A stretch of DNA of 47,485 bases, filler included, from Catajapyx aquilonaris (taxonomy: Eukaryota), in the NCBI GenBank assembly GCA_000934665.2. It is 2 parts of 2 records of this genome, joined end to end, with 100 filler letters (N's around TTAATTAATTAA, not from the genome) between each part and the next. Parts side by side here need not be neighbours in the genome. Positions count along the whole stretch, not along the records: positions 23,805 to 47,485 come from KZ539389.1; 1 more part is not named here. One strand, given 5' to 3'. Below are positions 36,011-47,485 of the stretch, piece after piece. Position 1 is the first letter of the stretch. Every line of letters starts with the position of its first letter. Below the pieces are notes generated by a model. The model was not told where the DNA came from and searched no databases. It saw only the letters and a list, made by a program, of their open reading frames with translations. The position numbers and the translations under genes were made by a program.

Positions 36011-36716
36011 GCCCAAGAGCAGTCAGGAGGCCCACGATTACCGTCAGGACTCGACTACTGAGTTGCGAAGTGCTGTATACAATAGCACCCACAGTGAAGA
36101 TACTAGACACATGAACAGTTACGATGTCATATTAGGTAAAACACCGACTTGGGAATCATCTACAAGTGGGTTAAATGAGTTGTGAGTGGATATTGCACCA
36201 CTAAGGGTCAGTTGCATATATTCTATCGTAGTTAACGGTAACTACAGAGTAAGATTTTAAAATGTAGTCAGCAGGATAAAGAGCCAATGCCATTTTTGAT
36301 CAAGAGGACAGAATTGTGGTATCTGAAGATGAATTACAACGAACGTGTGGTGAGGTTTCAAGTGTGCTTTGGTGTGTGTCCCAGTTGTAGTTCATGAAAG
36401 CCTGTCTCTTTGACTTTTAGAAGGTACCGGTTCCGGACCTGAAGTTCGTCTTTAATGGCACCAAGATTGAAGATTACCTACCACACACCAGGTTCGGTGA
36501 GACAATTGCTTCATTAATAAGCATGCAAGGGGGTAATAGATAAGAGTTTATAACGATAAGGTTTGACATTAGTGTGGTGGTCTGTACATTATAAGGCCTG
36601 GCCTATTTGTAAATAAGGGGTAACTTATGGTTAATCTTAACCTTAACTAAGGCGGCTATTGTTGATTTCGCTATCTATGTGGTTGAAATGTGATGATTTC
36701 AAATGTATACACCATC

Positions 36717-36885
36717 CCTTAATGGTGTATTATGTTATTGCATATCAGGCAAGGTCCGGGGTTCAAATCCAGTCCCCGTTACCTTCGCTTGGTCGTGTCA
36801 TTTTTCGCTTTTCACCAGACATGTCCGGGCAGATTCTCACTCCCTTCGCTACCCAGGGCCAGGAGAAAAGGTGTGGTATATAAGA
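36717..36885 (+). mobile_element. Possible degenerate tRNA-derived SINE
   Basis: Box B-like GGTTCAAATCC at ~36760 and a weak box A (TGGTGTATTATG); no TSD found. Confidence 0.35.
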
Positions 36886-37968
36886 ATGTCAGAAATGACT
36901 TGCAACTAATTACAGAGAAGAGTACCTTCCGGAGTATAACCCTCTATCAGTACGAAGCTTTCCTTGGCCTCACAGATATCCAAGATGAGAGCCGACTGTT
37001 GATCAATAACTGAACCGAAGCAACTCTGATTATCTGACATAAAGCTGGCAGGAAAACGTCATACCGTGTAAACCCGACACGACCTGGTTGACTCCAACTG
37101 TTGACCGTTGTACCGCCCTAGTACTTCGGATAGTTAGCAGTTGGAGCTTGGTATCTTTATGCAAGCCCTTTATCGACTCTCACATGTCCTAGTGAAACGA
37201 GTCTAATTTGGAACAACCCAGTTCCTATTGTGGGCCAATTAGTTTTTTTCCTTCCCTTTCTTCCCTTCATTTTTACGCCATCTCGCCTACCCAGCGTGTA
37301 TAAGAGCGATAAGTTGCAGTCTGTTTGGCTTGTCAACTAAACCCTGGCAGAAGGATCCTTAGTAGGAGAGATTACATCATATGGATTTCCTCATATCGAA
37401 ACTGGAGGAGATATACCAAGGATGTTATACAAACCAGAGAAAAGAAAAACCGGAAGCAGAAGCACCGCACCCACACCATCCTCCTCAACTCCCGCAAGAG
37501 AAGGGTCTCAGGATGGAAATGGACAATAAGGCTCAGGGCATCAAGAATTATGGTGACGCTGCTGATAACACCTTGGAGGATAACACTCCACCCACCTCTC
37601 GCTGCCCCTCTCCCCCCGCCTCATCCTCGTCGTCCGATTCATCAGTAGTGACTGTCATAACTCCATCACAACGTCGCCCGCCCCCGGCAGTGTATATTTC
37701 TTTACGGAGCGCCACGCCAATCCCCCATCCAAAGTTAGCCTTGCGAGCTGGTGTTCCTTGATGGAGCGCTCCCACCTTGGAAGTGTAGGTGACGTGTGAG
37801 GCTGTGTCCAAGACCATGTTGGACCCAATGTGCGCGGAAAAATCTGGAGGAGGTAGACCCCCTTTTTCCGCAAGAGCGTAGCCCTTTTTTTTTTTTGTGG
37901 CTCGCACGGACTGTGAGTGAGACGTCACTTGGATGCAGTTCGTGGACCACCCCTTTTACCCACGTGAT

Positions 37969-38017
37969 NNNNNNNNNNNNNNNNNNNNNNNNNNNNNNNN
38001 NNNNNNNNNNNNNNNNN
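37969..38017. other. Assembly gap (N run) next to a poly-G tract
   Basis: Ns in the sequence. Confidence 0.95.
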
Positions 38018-38939
38018 GGGGGGGGGGGGGGGGGGGGGGGGAGAACTATTACCCCCCTTTTTTTGTACCTATAAAATAATATGGACCAGCCTCCTTGTAT
38101 TGTAATCATTATTTGTTTTGTGTCCAAGACGTCCGCAGGCAATCACCGCACAGCATGGCCTACCTGACCATGAACCGATGGAACTCTACGTGGTTTTCAT
38201 CAGCTGCCCCTACAGTGTCGCTGTATGGACACTTCTTGCCGGCCCGACTAGCTGGAGGTGATGCAGTATCGTTGGTCACGCTCCAACGGGATACTCCAGG
38301 CGCACCCCTGACACACCAGAAGGCCACCCCCACCTGATCGAGGAAGATACCCCCCTCGTCTTGGAGGTTGCGGACCTCTCAGATTAGTGCTAAAAGCGGG
38401 ACTCACGGGATGTATGGACAGCAACTTGTAACTCCGTTTATTACTCCGACTATGAGGCAGGATTGGAATCAAGAGGATGAGAACACGGTAACATTCGTGG
38501 AACCTGTGGCAGTTTCTCGGGGTGGTGATGTGTGACCGAGCAGAATTGGACCTGCCTTTGCTCCCACTCATAACCATATACTGGGTGTGTGGCAACTTGT
38601 TACCTGGAAGGACCATTTTACGAGTTTGTGCTATGGGTCAATATGAACGGTGATGTGTGATAAATACGCCATGTAAAGTGCTCTATCAGAGCTACCATCA
38701 TACCTTGCGGTATATTCCCAACTCAACAGCTCTTTACCCATCCCGCAATTGTATCGCCCATGCATATAAAAACCTTTTCCTTTTTGTACGAGGCCAGTCG
38801 TCGGGAGCTACTCCGGCAGCTGGTCGCTTCCTGGTCCTTCCTACTGAGCATTTTCCTCTTGCCCTTCATGATTTTCCCCTCACCGCAACTGTTGTAAGTA
38901 TCAGCTAAATAAACGAAGTAATCAACGTGTTAGTCAAAT

Positions 38940-39150
38940 GGAGCAGAACTACAAGCGTTGAAAAAGTAAATCGCAGCATTGCAAAGTCAAAACCGTGAGT
39001 TAGAAGACCAGCGGAGAAGGGGAAACTTAATATTCTACGGCATATCAGAAGCCCCAGAGGCAGACTGGTCGGTATCAGAGAAAAAGTCTTGCGGTGCATT
39101 AAAAAGTTCGACTAGCTTCCTACTGAAAGTGCTCACCGTGTGAAAACGAA
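38940..39150 (+). pseudogene. LINE ORF1 remnant (L1/Transposase_22-like RRM, as in L2/CR1-group elements)
   Basis: ALQSQNRELEDQRRRGNLIFYGISEAPEADWSVSEKK...ESAHRV fits LE..SRR.NL...GI.E....W..SE...ERAHR. Confidence 0.8.
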
Positions 39151-42100
39151 GAACGGGATGGCATCAGGCTCACCACCAGTAGCATGTTCTACACATCTAC
39201 AGTCTACACAATAACTCTGCTGGTCGCTCCTGGTCAAGCCTGTAAAGTTATCTACAAGACGACAACCATCATGATTTACAGTAGGATTTGACCAGTACCC
39301 CACCCAAGAGGAGGAGGAATACTGTTGTCAACAGAAGACCCATGGCATTTGAGGGCGAATCTGACATCGACTATCCATCAACGATAGTGTGATCGCTTTT
39401 GCTTCGAGGTTTTCACATGACATAAGTTGTCGAGATATCAATAGTTATACAGTATACTAACTTTTAGGCCCATGACCTGCAATGAATTCCTGGGGTCAAG
39501 ATATTTCTGGTGAACCATTAGATCGTCTAGACCAGTTGAGATATCTAACGATAAACCAGGTGACTCAAGTTGGGAAGTGCGGAACCGAACATAAAATGTC
39601 ACCAAACACGAACACGAGACATGTCATGATGTGATCCCAGGCAGATGTTGGATGTCTGGTGGATATGATTACAGGTTACCTCAAGTAACAGCAAAGTAAG
39701 GCACGCATTGGCCGAAAACAAGTCTGCTCAATCACAGTATGCTGCTATTATTCATTACGTATCAAACCCCATTTATATAAGCTATTAGAACGAAATTAGA
39801 AGTCATTCTGCTAAAGAATATAACCTTTTCAATCAATGAAATATTATGTACATGGAAAATAACAATACTGTACACAATTCCAACATTGTTACTTGCCAAA
39901 AGTGGGCAAGTAGTCTTAGACAGTGGGATGTAAACATCTTATTGGACTACTGGATGGTGCCAATTAGAAGGAAGCTTTCCCATACTCCGTAGAAAAGACT
40001 GTGAAATATGTGCATTTGATTTTGCACTGCGACTATGGCATCACTTCCACTGGGTTCGAATCATGTTGCCTCTCGGGAAGAATATAAATTTGTTGAACTC
40101 AACGATATGCCGTCGAAAGACGATATCAAGAACGGTTTCAATTCACTAAACCATCCGCCGATGGCCTATCTTGAGTAGTGCAACACAGAATAATTAGAAA
40201 TGAAGGTGACGAGGATCTTCTCATGCATGAGGGGCAGCACAGACATCTGATGTGAACATAATTCAAATATGTGTGCTGAAATATAATTGGGAAGCTTACC
40301 GTTGTCATCAGTGGAATGCACGCGCATGGAACCCTGTTGAACAGTGGTGGCAGGCAACTCATTAAGTGCTCATAATAAGCTGATTCAGAAAACTGAACGT
40401 GTCACGTCAACACTAAGGTATAGCAACAAAACTGAACAGGATTTTTCCAGCAAGGCGGAAGGAGGAGCAGAGTACAGGACAAGAATTCCGATAGTGACGA
40501 TAGGCCAATGATAGGTGTGAGACCACCGAATGGCATTCATGCATCCTGAAACAGAAGCAGAAGGACACACTGCAACAAGACTAACTAATGAAATTTTAGT
40601 GCACCAATTAGGGTCAAAATAAGTGCCTTAAATTCTGAAGGCTACATTGCTAATTTTAAAACTTCATTTTGATGTAAGGTGTACTCAATAACGCGTTGAG
40701 TCAAAATATGACCCAAAATCTGGGTGAATGATATGATAATATTTCACGTTGTGACCCATATTTGGGGGTGAAAAAGTAACCGAAGTTTATTATGTGGAGA
40801 TAGCAGAGGGACGGATTATTCCAAATGAATACAAAACTCGGCTATAAATTTAATTCATTGTTACGCAAACTGTGCTACAATTGCAAGCTAATGCATGTGT
40901 TGTGTTGCACATTCTGTCAAAGCAATGACTGCAGAATGAAATTACCTACAGGAGCATATCGATCAGGTACACAAGCATTACCATCGTAACTTATGATTAA
41001 CCATACCTGAAATTAATAATTCCACGGGAGGTGGGGAAGCTCATTGATTTTAGCTTGCGACACAGTGCGCACACGACCATCAATTACACCAATCGCACCG
41101 CACATAACAACTCGCAATCTTTGCAGTGTGTCGTAAGGTTACTGTTATACCGGTCCTCCCTCACCACCGACCTTCCCCCTTCTGCTAATTAGTCCCTTTC
41201 TGTCCATCTCACCCTCTCCTCTTCTCCATATCGGGTATACTATCCTTTACCATGATCAGGTCCTTCTTCCTTCCTTCTCTCATTTGCTGTATTTATGTAT
41301 CATATTGCAGGGCATCATAGGTTGGGTCAGTCCCATAATCTCCTTTAAAAGAGAAACAGGAGAGTGTAACTTACCACAACGTGTTCCTCCACATTTACAC
41401 CGCAGCCAACCACAACAATGCTTATTACAGAGTCGCTTGGAATACAACGACAGTGATAATTCATTGAACCACAAAACAAGCACGTTTAATAATATCTAAT
41501 CCGTTAATTGTGTCCGTGATCAATTACTCCAGCTGAATGGACGACTTATCTCCCTATATGCGACTCCTTACTCTGATATCGGGTGCAGATATAACACTTT
41601 CCAAAATTATCAAGAAGAGAAAGATCGCCAGCGAACGAAAACCGTCGTGTACTTGCATCACGTCAATAATACGTCAAACGTGTCAATCCATAATAAGCTA
41701 GTGTGCAAGAGGGAGAATGTGGCCTCAAAGAACGTTGAGCAACATAGAATCAGCACCGCGGAAGGTGAATTCCTCAATGATGACGAATTTCATTGCAATT
41801 TGAGGTTAAATCATTGTCAGTTTTGTATTGCATAATATAACTTATATGATATGCAAGACAAAAGTAAAATCCGTGCAGTACCATCTGGTAATAAATGCAT
41901 TATGACACTGGACTCTGCCACCTCTCCCCCAGAAGATATTATCTCCAGCAAAGAGGCACAACATCCAGATGACAATTGGACGGCCAGGAATGGCATAATC
42001 GAGCTGCAGTCGCTACTGCACCAGCTGTCAGCTATGAGATCGTGTGAGCAATAATTGCCAATATAACATAAAGAAACATAAGAGCACGATTTGGTATTGA

Positions 42101-44632
42101 ACTGACGCCAAATCCAGTAGGCCTACTTCGTCAGAGAAGAACATGTAGGAAAAAATTAAGAAGAGTGCTGTGGGCGATTCTACACGTCTTGCTGCCTCTA
42201 TCGTCATCATTCAAGAGCAGAGAAGTCCCTGATTCTTCCTCATGTCCCAATACTGATGAAATATCAAATGGAGGTGCAGACCAAACAGGTGGGCTACCAG
42301 CACGACCTATTGGATAGGGTTCACCCTCGCACATCATCATCTTCCCCAGTACGAATATCAGGACGAGATCGTCTCTTTCTCGAACGATTATGACATAGCT
42401 CCGATGCTGCTATCGCTTGGTCGACAAACGGACTCTTGTACTACTCGACATTCACGGTAGTATTTACTACCGGAGTTTTCTTCATCATTTGGTGTGGCTT
42501 TGAGAGCACAAGTACGGTGGACAGTGTGATGAGTATGTCACTAACCTGCTGTGTGACACGCCTTAATTGTTCTTCTGACGGTGGTTCTGGAAGCCATTCC
42601 ATTACACATTACGATTATTTTTGTTGACAATAAAGTTATTAAAATAATGACCCGTAATACTTGCAAGCCAATCAGTTCATGATGTCATCAGATTGATCAT
42701 ACTGGAGAAGTGCCCCGACTGCAAGGAACAGGTGAACACAATGCAGGTTGAAAAAAATTGCAGAGTAATTAAAATTATATTCGGCATGTTACAAAGTTAG
42801 TCAGTGTAAAAATATTCACTCAAATTGCCATCCGTAGAATGATGACAATCCATTTTCACTAGATCCACTTGTCATTTCGTTAGTTTTTTCCGTAATTTAG
42901 GTGCAATAAGACCTGATCCTTCAAATGAATAGACCTTCTTCTTTGCCATATCAATAGTCGCCTTTTGACCTCTGTCAGTACTACAATACTATACAATACT
43001 GTGTATAACCTGGCAGGACATGAACTCTCATTGTTCATGTTTGAATTATCAGATTGGAGGAGCAGCCACCTCTTATCTGGTCGTTTTGGTGCAGTTCAAG
43101 AATGCGGAGATTCCACCAATGTAATGATTCACCAATGTAATGGTCGAACAATCTGAAAAAATAATACCGAAGTGTCCATTGAAGTTCATGGATTGCGTCT
43201 ACGTTTATTCAATGACTTTCTCAAAAGTGTCAAGCATATGTTGGCAATCTATTATTCATATGACCGTTTCCTGCTGTGCCACAGTAGGTGGTGAAATTGA
43301 TTGACTTTTAGTTGGCTCACGCATATCACTTCACACCACGAGTACTGTCTTCAAGTATTGACAACTTTCGTCATGCACAATAATAATTTATATGCTGCAT
43401 ATATAGCATATATAGCTGCATAATATAAGCCTGCATAATTTCCATTCATTAACATGAGAACAAGTAAAATTTGCTACAAGGTTTCCTTGGGGCACGCTGG
43501 GAGGGGCTAGGCCTGATTAGGCCTGGTTCCTTGTCCCTGCCGGCTTGAGACGGGCAGGCAGGGCACAGCTTCATCAGGAGGAGTGTCACATCATGCCAAA
43601 ATAATTGGGCATATATGTTCTGTAACGAATTAAATGGCCATAAGGGAGCCAGTTAAATGCACGTGTAACTTATACTGTGGCCAAGAAGAAAAAATATTGG
43701 TGTATTTTGCGTTAAGGTAGGGGTCGAAAGTGGTTGTTCTCGGCCAGAGTGACTTATTATTCACGGGGAAGCACTGCTAACTTGTGGAGTGGAAGAGATG
43801 AAACGGGTTGTGAAGGTCACATTCATGAACATGAAGACATGGAATGACTCCAATTTTATAACCCGGACATTATCAAGTCAAGTGACGGATGCTGAAAGGT
43901 GGGCAGAAAAGACCACAAAGGAATCGTCTCGGCAGATCCCGAAGAAATGTCGTAAACGTTCTCTGAAAGTTGCACACAAACTTCTGTTAAACGTGAACCC
44001 CGACATAAGAGCAAATAATGAATTTGCCGTCCGACACCAAGTTGATTGATTGAGTAATGGTTTATTGGCGCAACTGGCTATACTGCGCCAAGCACCTGTG
44101 ACGTTGTAGGGCAGGCAATACCACCCCAACGTTACATGAACAAAAGTGTGTGTTTTTTAAAGAGATAATTAATCAATTAATTAATTCCCAATGCCAATCA
44201 GCAACGGGAGCCAGGGACGTGTGACTAACCACGACGACGTGCCCCCTCCTTAATTATACCACAGTCATGCACAACAATACGGTACAGTGCCCTTTGGAAT
44301 ACAAGGAGCCGTGCCACATTAGAATGATGAAAGAGACCAGGAGGAAATCAATATTTCCTTTGAGCAATATTTCATTTACGACAATGCAAACGTGCTTACA
44401 AGTGTGAAGCTCAGGATGACAGTTGTCACATTATTATTTGCGAATTATAAATTTTCTGACATGCTCTTAACCGCCCCGAATTTATTGAACCGATGCTGAG
44501 TGACATCCTATTAAAGGATGGGCCAATTGGTCAACAAAGGTGGTCGAGTCATACATTTTAAAAAGGCTATGGATTGATTGGCCGACTGAGGCAATGGCGT
44601 CATTGCATTAGAGCATTGAAGGTGAATCGGAC

Positions 44633-46031
44633 ATGACTTCATTTGGCTCTCTGGGTCCTCTCCACAAAGCTTCGGTTGTGATTGGATTACTCCCATGGCC
44701 TCTGGATGGCCACTGGATATTCAGCCGTTGGCCACTGGCTCTCAACATGTGCATTGCAATGGTTTCATTTGCGGCAAGCAATATTGCGTCAGGAGCACGA
44801 CCGGAGGACGTGGTACCTGACTTGTCAAGGACTGAAACCTACGTGCTATACTCTTACTCCGTTACTTTCGGATTAATTCCGTGGATTACATACGCACTTG
44901 TCAGTTACAATGCCAAAAGTCGAAGCGCATTGTTAGGCAGAATGCGAGGCATCAGCAACAATTCACCCCGGGTGCGAAATGTGGAATGGAAAATTGTGAG
45001 CATGAGTATCTTGAATGCTTCTGTTTACGTGATAATGTCGGTGTTGTACGACATGCAAGTGTCCCAAATTTATATCGCCATATTCATGTTCCAAAGTATC
45101 TTGATCCACGATCTTGTTCTGGGTCATGTGGCGTACCTATCTTTCGTAATTGAGCAAAAGATTAGCGCAATTAATAGATGCATCACTTACTTGTGCACCC
45201 AGCTTAACAATGTGTTCTTGCCACGAAACAATTACTCTCCATCATCGAAAACAGAGGTGCAGCAGTTATCAAGAGCGAGCCTTCTCTTCTTCGACATTTG
45301 CCAATTCACACAGAGAGTCAGCAGGGAATACGGCCTGGCCTTATGCCTGTGCTTCGTAGCATTTCTAATCGAAATTGTCACCAACATATTTGCCACAATT
45401 TATGTCATGCCGAGGGTGAAACTGGAACTGAAAATAATGATCATTGCTGCGACCGTGTTAAGAATCATCACGTTTTGCTTCACGACTGGCCTGGTTGCTA
45501 GAGTTCCAGAAAAGGTAAGTGCTTTTATGTGCCTGATTGCAGGACTTTGGACTAGATTATGTATACAAGAAACTGACTTCCTTGCTGACTTCCATATCAT
45601 TAATAATAATTTAGGCGACCACATCTCTGGAAGATCTTATTCGCGTCCGCCTCTCTGATCTGACACCGAACTGCAAAGAACAGGTTAGTTTAATGAATAT
45701 TTTACAGATTTATCAAATAACTTGTTCACTTTCATTAATATAAATCAGGTGAAAGCACTGATTAGACGAATGAGCGTACAGCCCCAGGTGCAAATCACTG
45801 CTGCAAACTATTTCGCAATCAACCGCGGCCTCTTGACCTCGGTGAGTGTAACCGGATTTTTAAATGTAATTACATATTAAATGCGACTTGAAACCTTACA
45901 AGATTGCAGGAGCTGTTACAACATATGTCATAGTCTTGGCGCAGTTTAAGGATTCCGAGGATTTACCTGGTGTTACTAACAGTACCCAGAATCTACATAA
46001 TGGCATTTCCCAAGACGGCATAGAGCACTAA
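44633..46031 (+). CDS. Gustatory receptor (7tm_7 chemoreceptor family), 390 aa, 4 exons: 44633-45514, 45615-45683, 45749-45841, 45903-46031
   Basis: Long hydrophobic exon 1 with N-terminal PLHKASVVIGLLP; three phase-0 GT-AG introns (GTAAGT..TTAG, GTTAGT..TCAG, GTGAGT..CAAG). The spliced C-terminus ITAANYFAINRGLLTS|IAGAVTTYVIVLAQF carries the GR TM7 signature TYhhhhhQF. The frame is open through to TAA at 46029-46031. Confidence 0.93.
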
Positions 46032-46409
46032 GAATAATTGCTGCTTTCTTTTCACGTGCACGAATTCACTTCGGACATTACTGACAATCATTTCTCCCAT
46101 TTGTGACATTTTCTTTTTTTTTTTTGTCGAGACAATAATAGTGGCAGATCAAATATTACGTGGCGAACTGACTCAGTAAAACAATGCCCTCCTTCTTTAA
46201 AATAGCCCCCCTTGCGAGCAATGAGGTAATGCATTTGTCCTAGCCAATGAGACGCGGCGAGAAGGTGAGGACGACACGAGGGTGACGCCGGACACACATT
46301 TCTTTCGCACTTGGAACACGACAGCGCCCAAGACATCGTAACATCCAGTAACTGTATTTGTGAGTGAGTCGATCCGTTCAACACCTGCCGTACCGCCAAA
46401 GCACGAAAC

Positions 46410-46613
46410 ATGAGTCGTCTTGGAGTGTCAAGGGCCATCATAATATCCGGCATGGTGCTCTTCGGATTGGGAGTGCTGATCGAGTCCGACATTCCTCACC
46501 ATTACCTACACCACGACCCAGCCAAGGACAAGAAATTGGGTTTGACCTTCATCTTCATCGGAGGTATTCTTATCCTCGTTGGATCGGTCGCCTTGAGTTT
46601 CTCGTGCAAAATG
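46410..46613 (+). CDS. First coding exon of a small membrane protein (two TM helices; tetraspanin-like pattern), partial
   Basis: An ATG, two Gly-rich hydrophobic segments (IIISGMVLFGLGVLI; LGLTFIFIGGILILVGSVALSF) and a consensus phase-0 donor ATG|GTAAGT at 46614. Downstream exons were not identified. Confidence 0.55.
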
Positions 46614-47485
46614 GTAAGTATTTTAGCCCTAAGTGGTGGTTACGTATAGACCTGGGGGATTCCTGCAAATCTGAAAGGGTGAATGTCACGCATGGGCTTT
46701 CCATCTGACATGTGAGTGAGTGTACGGACGACACGCTCAATCCGAATATGAAAACCGTTTGTCGCTATCTGTTACGGTTTAGGCCTTGATACCTGTCTAC
46801 AGACGGCCACCGACGGACGGCCAGAGCCGTTCTGTAGGACTTTTTTCCGATGAGAAAAGGTCTAGAAACTGATTACACACTTCAATGTCATTATATGTGG
46901 TCGCTAATGTAATCCCATGGAGTTATGAAAATGTCTTATTTTTGGAACTTTAAGACGTCATAACTTTTGTAAATATGGGGTTCCGCACGAAATATTTCAT
47001 TTTTGGGTATCATATATTGTCCTGTATTAGCATGTTAAATTTCATCAAGATCCGTCTTTATCACCCCGTGACCTTCCCTTGTGAGTATGTCGAACCTAAA
47101 CTTTCAAGAACAATTACTTGCAAAGTGTCTCATTTACAGTAATTACATGTTTACTGTCCACTTCACACGTGAACACCGACAAACTATGTAGCCACGACCA
47201 ATGCAGAGCACATTGATTTGGAACGTAGTGTTGGTGAAAATTGGAAGTACTAGCACCTGACCACTGGACCACGCTTCAATCCCGAATATACAGGGATATG
47301 AATTTGAGATCAGGATCGTTCACCAAATCCTCATGATGGACAAGCATGTTATATTTGTCATCGGTGGAGAAGAATCCCTCTTTAAATTGACCGGAATTTG
47401 GCCTCCCGAATTATCGTAATTAATTGACAACATCCTCTCTTCGGGTTGCATTTTATTCAACAAAAATGAGACATACGTCAGGGTG

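Noticed and set aside
39300..43400. Multi-exon gene on the minus strand
   Set aside because: There are some splice-like signals, but I could not assemble a consistent open frame or a recognisable domain; the PFGG match lacks the rest of the PIF1 helicase motif.
43789..44049. Possible P-element GTP-binding-region fragment (SLKVAHKL)
   Set aside because: A single weak motif with no supporting flanks.
44633..45658. 341-aa single-exon ORF as the full protein
   Set aside because: It reads through a consensus donor at 45515; the GR TM7 motif appears only after splicing.
46900..47084. DNA transposon end (...GTGACCTTCCCTTGTGAG)
   Set aside because: It resembles a repeat terminus, but no partner TIR or TSD was found in the window.

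Overview
Eukaryotic, almost certainly arthropod (probably insect), genomic DNA: spliceosomal introns, no prokaryotic operons, no CRISPR array, no rRNA. Only one complete gene is supportable, a 4-exon, 390-aa gustatory receptor (44633-46031, +). The first exon of a small membrane-protein gene follows it (46410-46613). The other ~44 kb is a graveyard of nested transposable elements. Elements with readable ends include a hAT deletion derivative containing a piggyBac-type MITE, several TA-flanked Tc1/mariner-type foldback MITEs, a Harbinger MITE, a solo LTR, a tRNA-derived SINE and a truncated retroposon. Decayed coding remnants include hAT, P/THAP9, Harbinger, Sola2, mariner, Gypsy RT, LINE ORF1, a probable Crypton-like element and probable KDZ (Kyakuja-Dileera-Zisupton) transposases. 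A GC-rich frameshifted fragment at 26.2-26.9 kb resembles the N-terminus of a divergent ionotropic receptor. An artificial N44-TTAATTAATTAA-N44 spacer at 23705-23804 means the two halves may not be contiguous. I found no convincing wholly new system. The best leads are the KDZ-like cluster, the IR-like relic, and MITEs stacked on shared TA target sites. All family calls come from motif recognition by eye, not from database searches.
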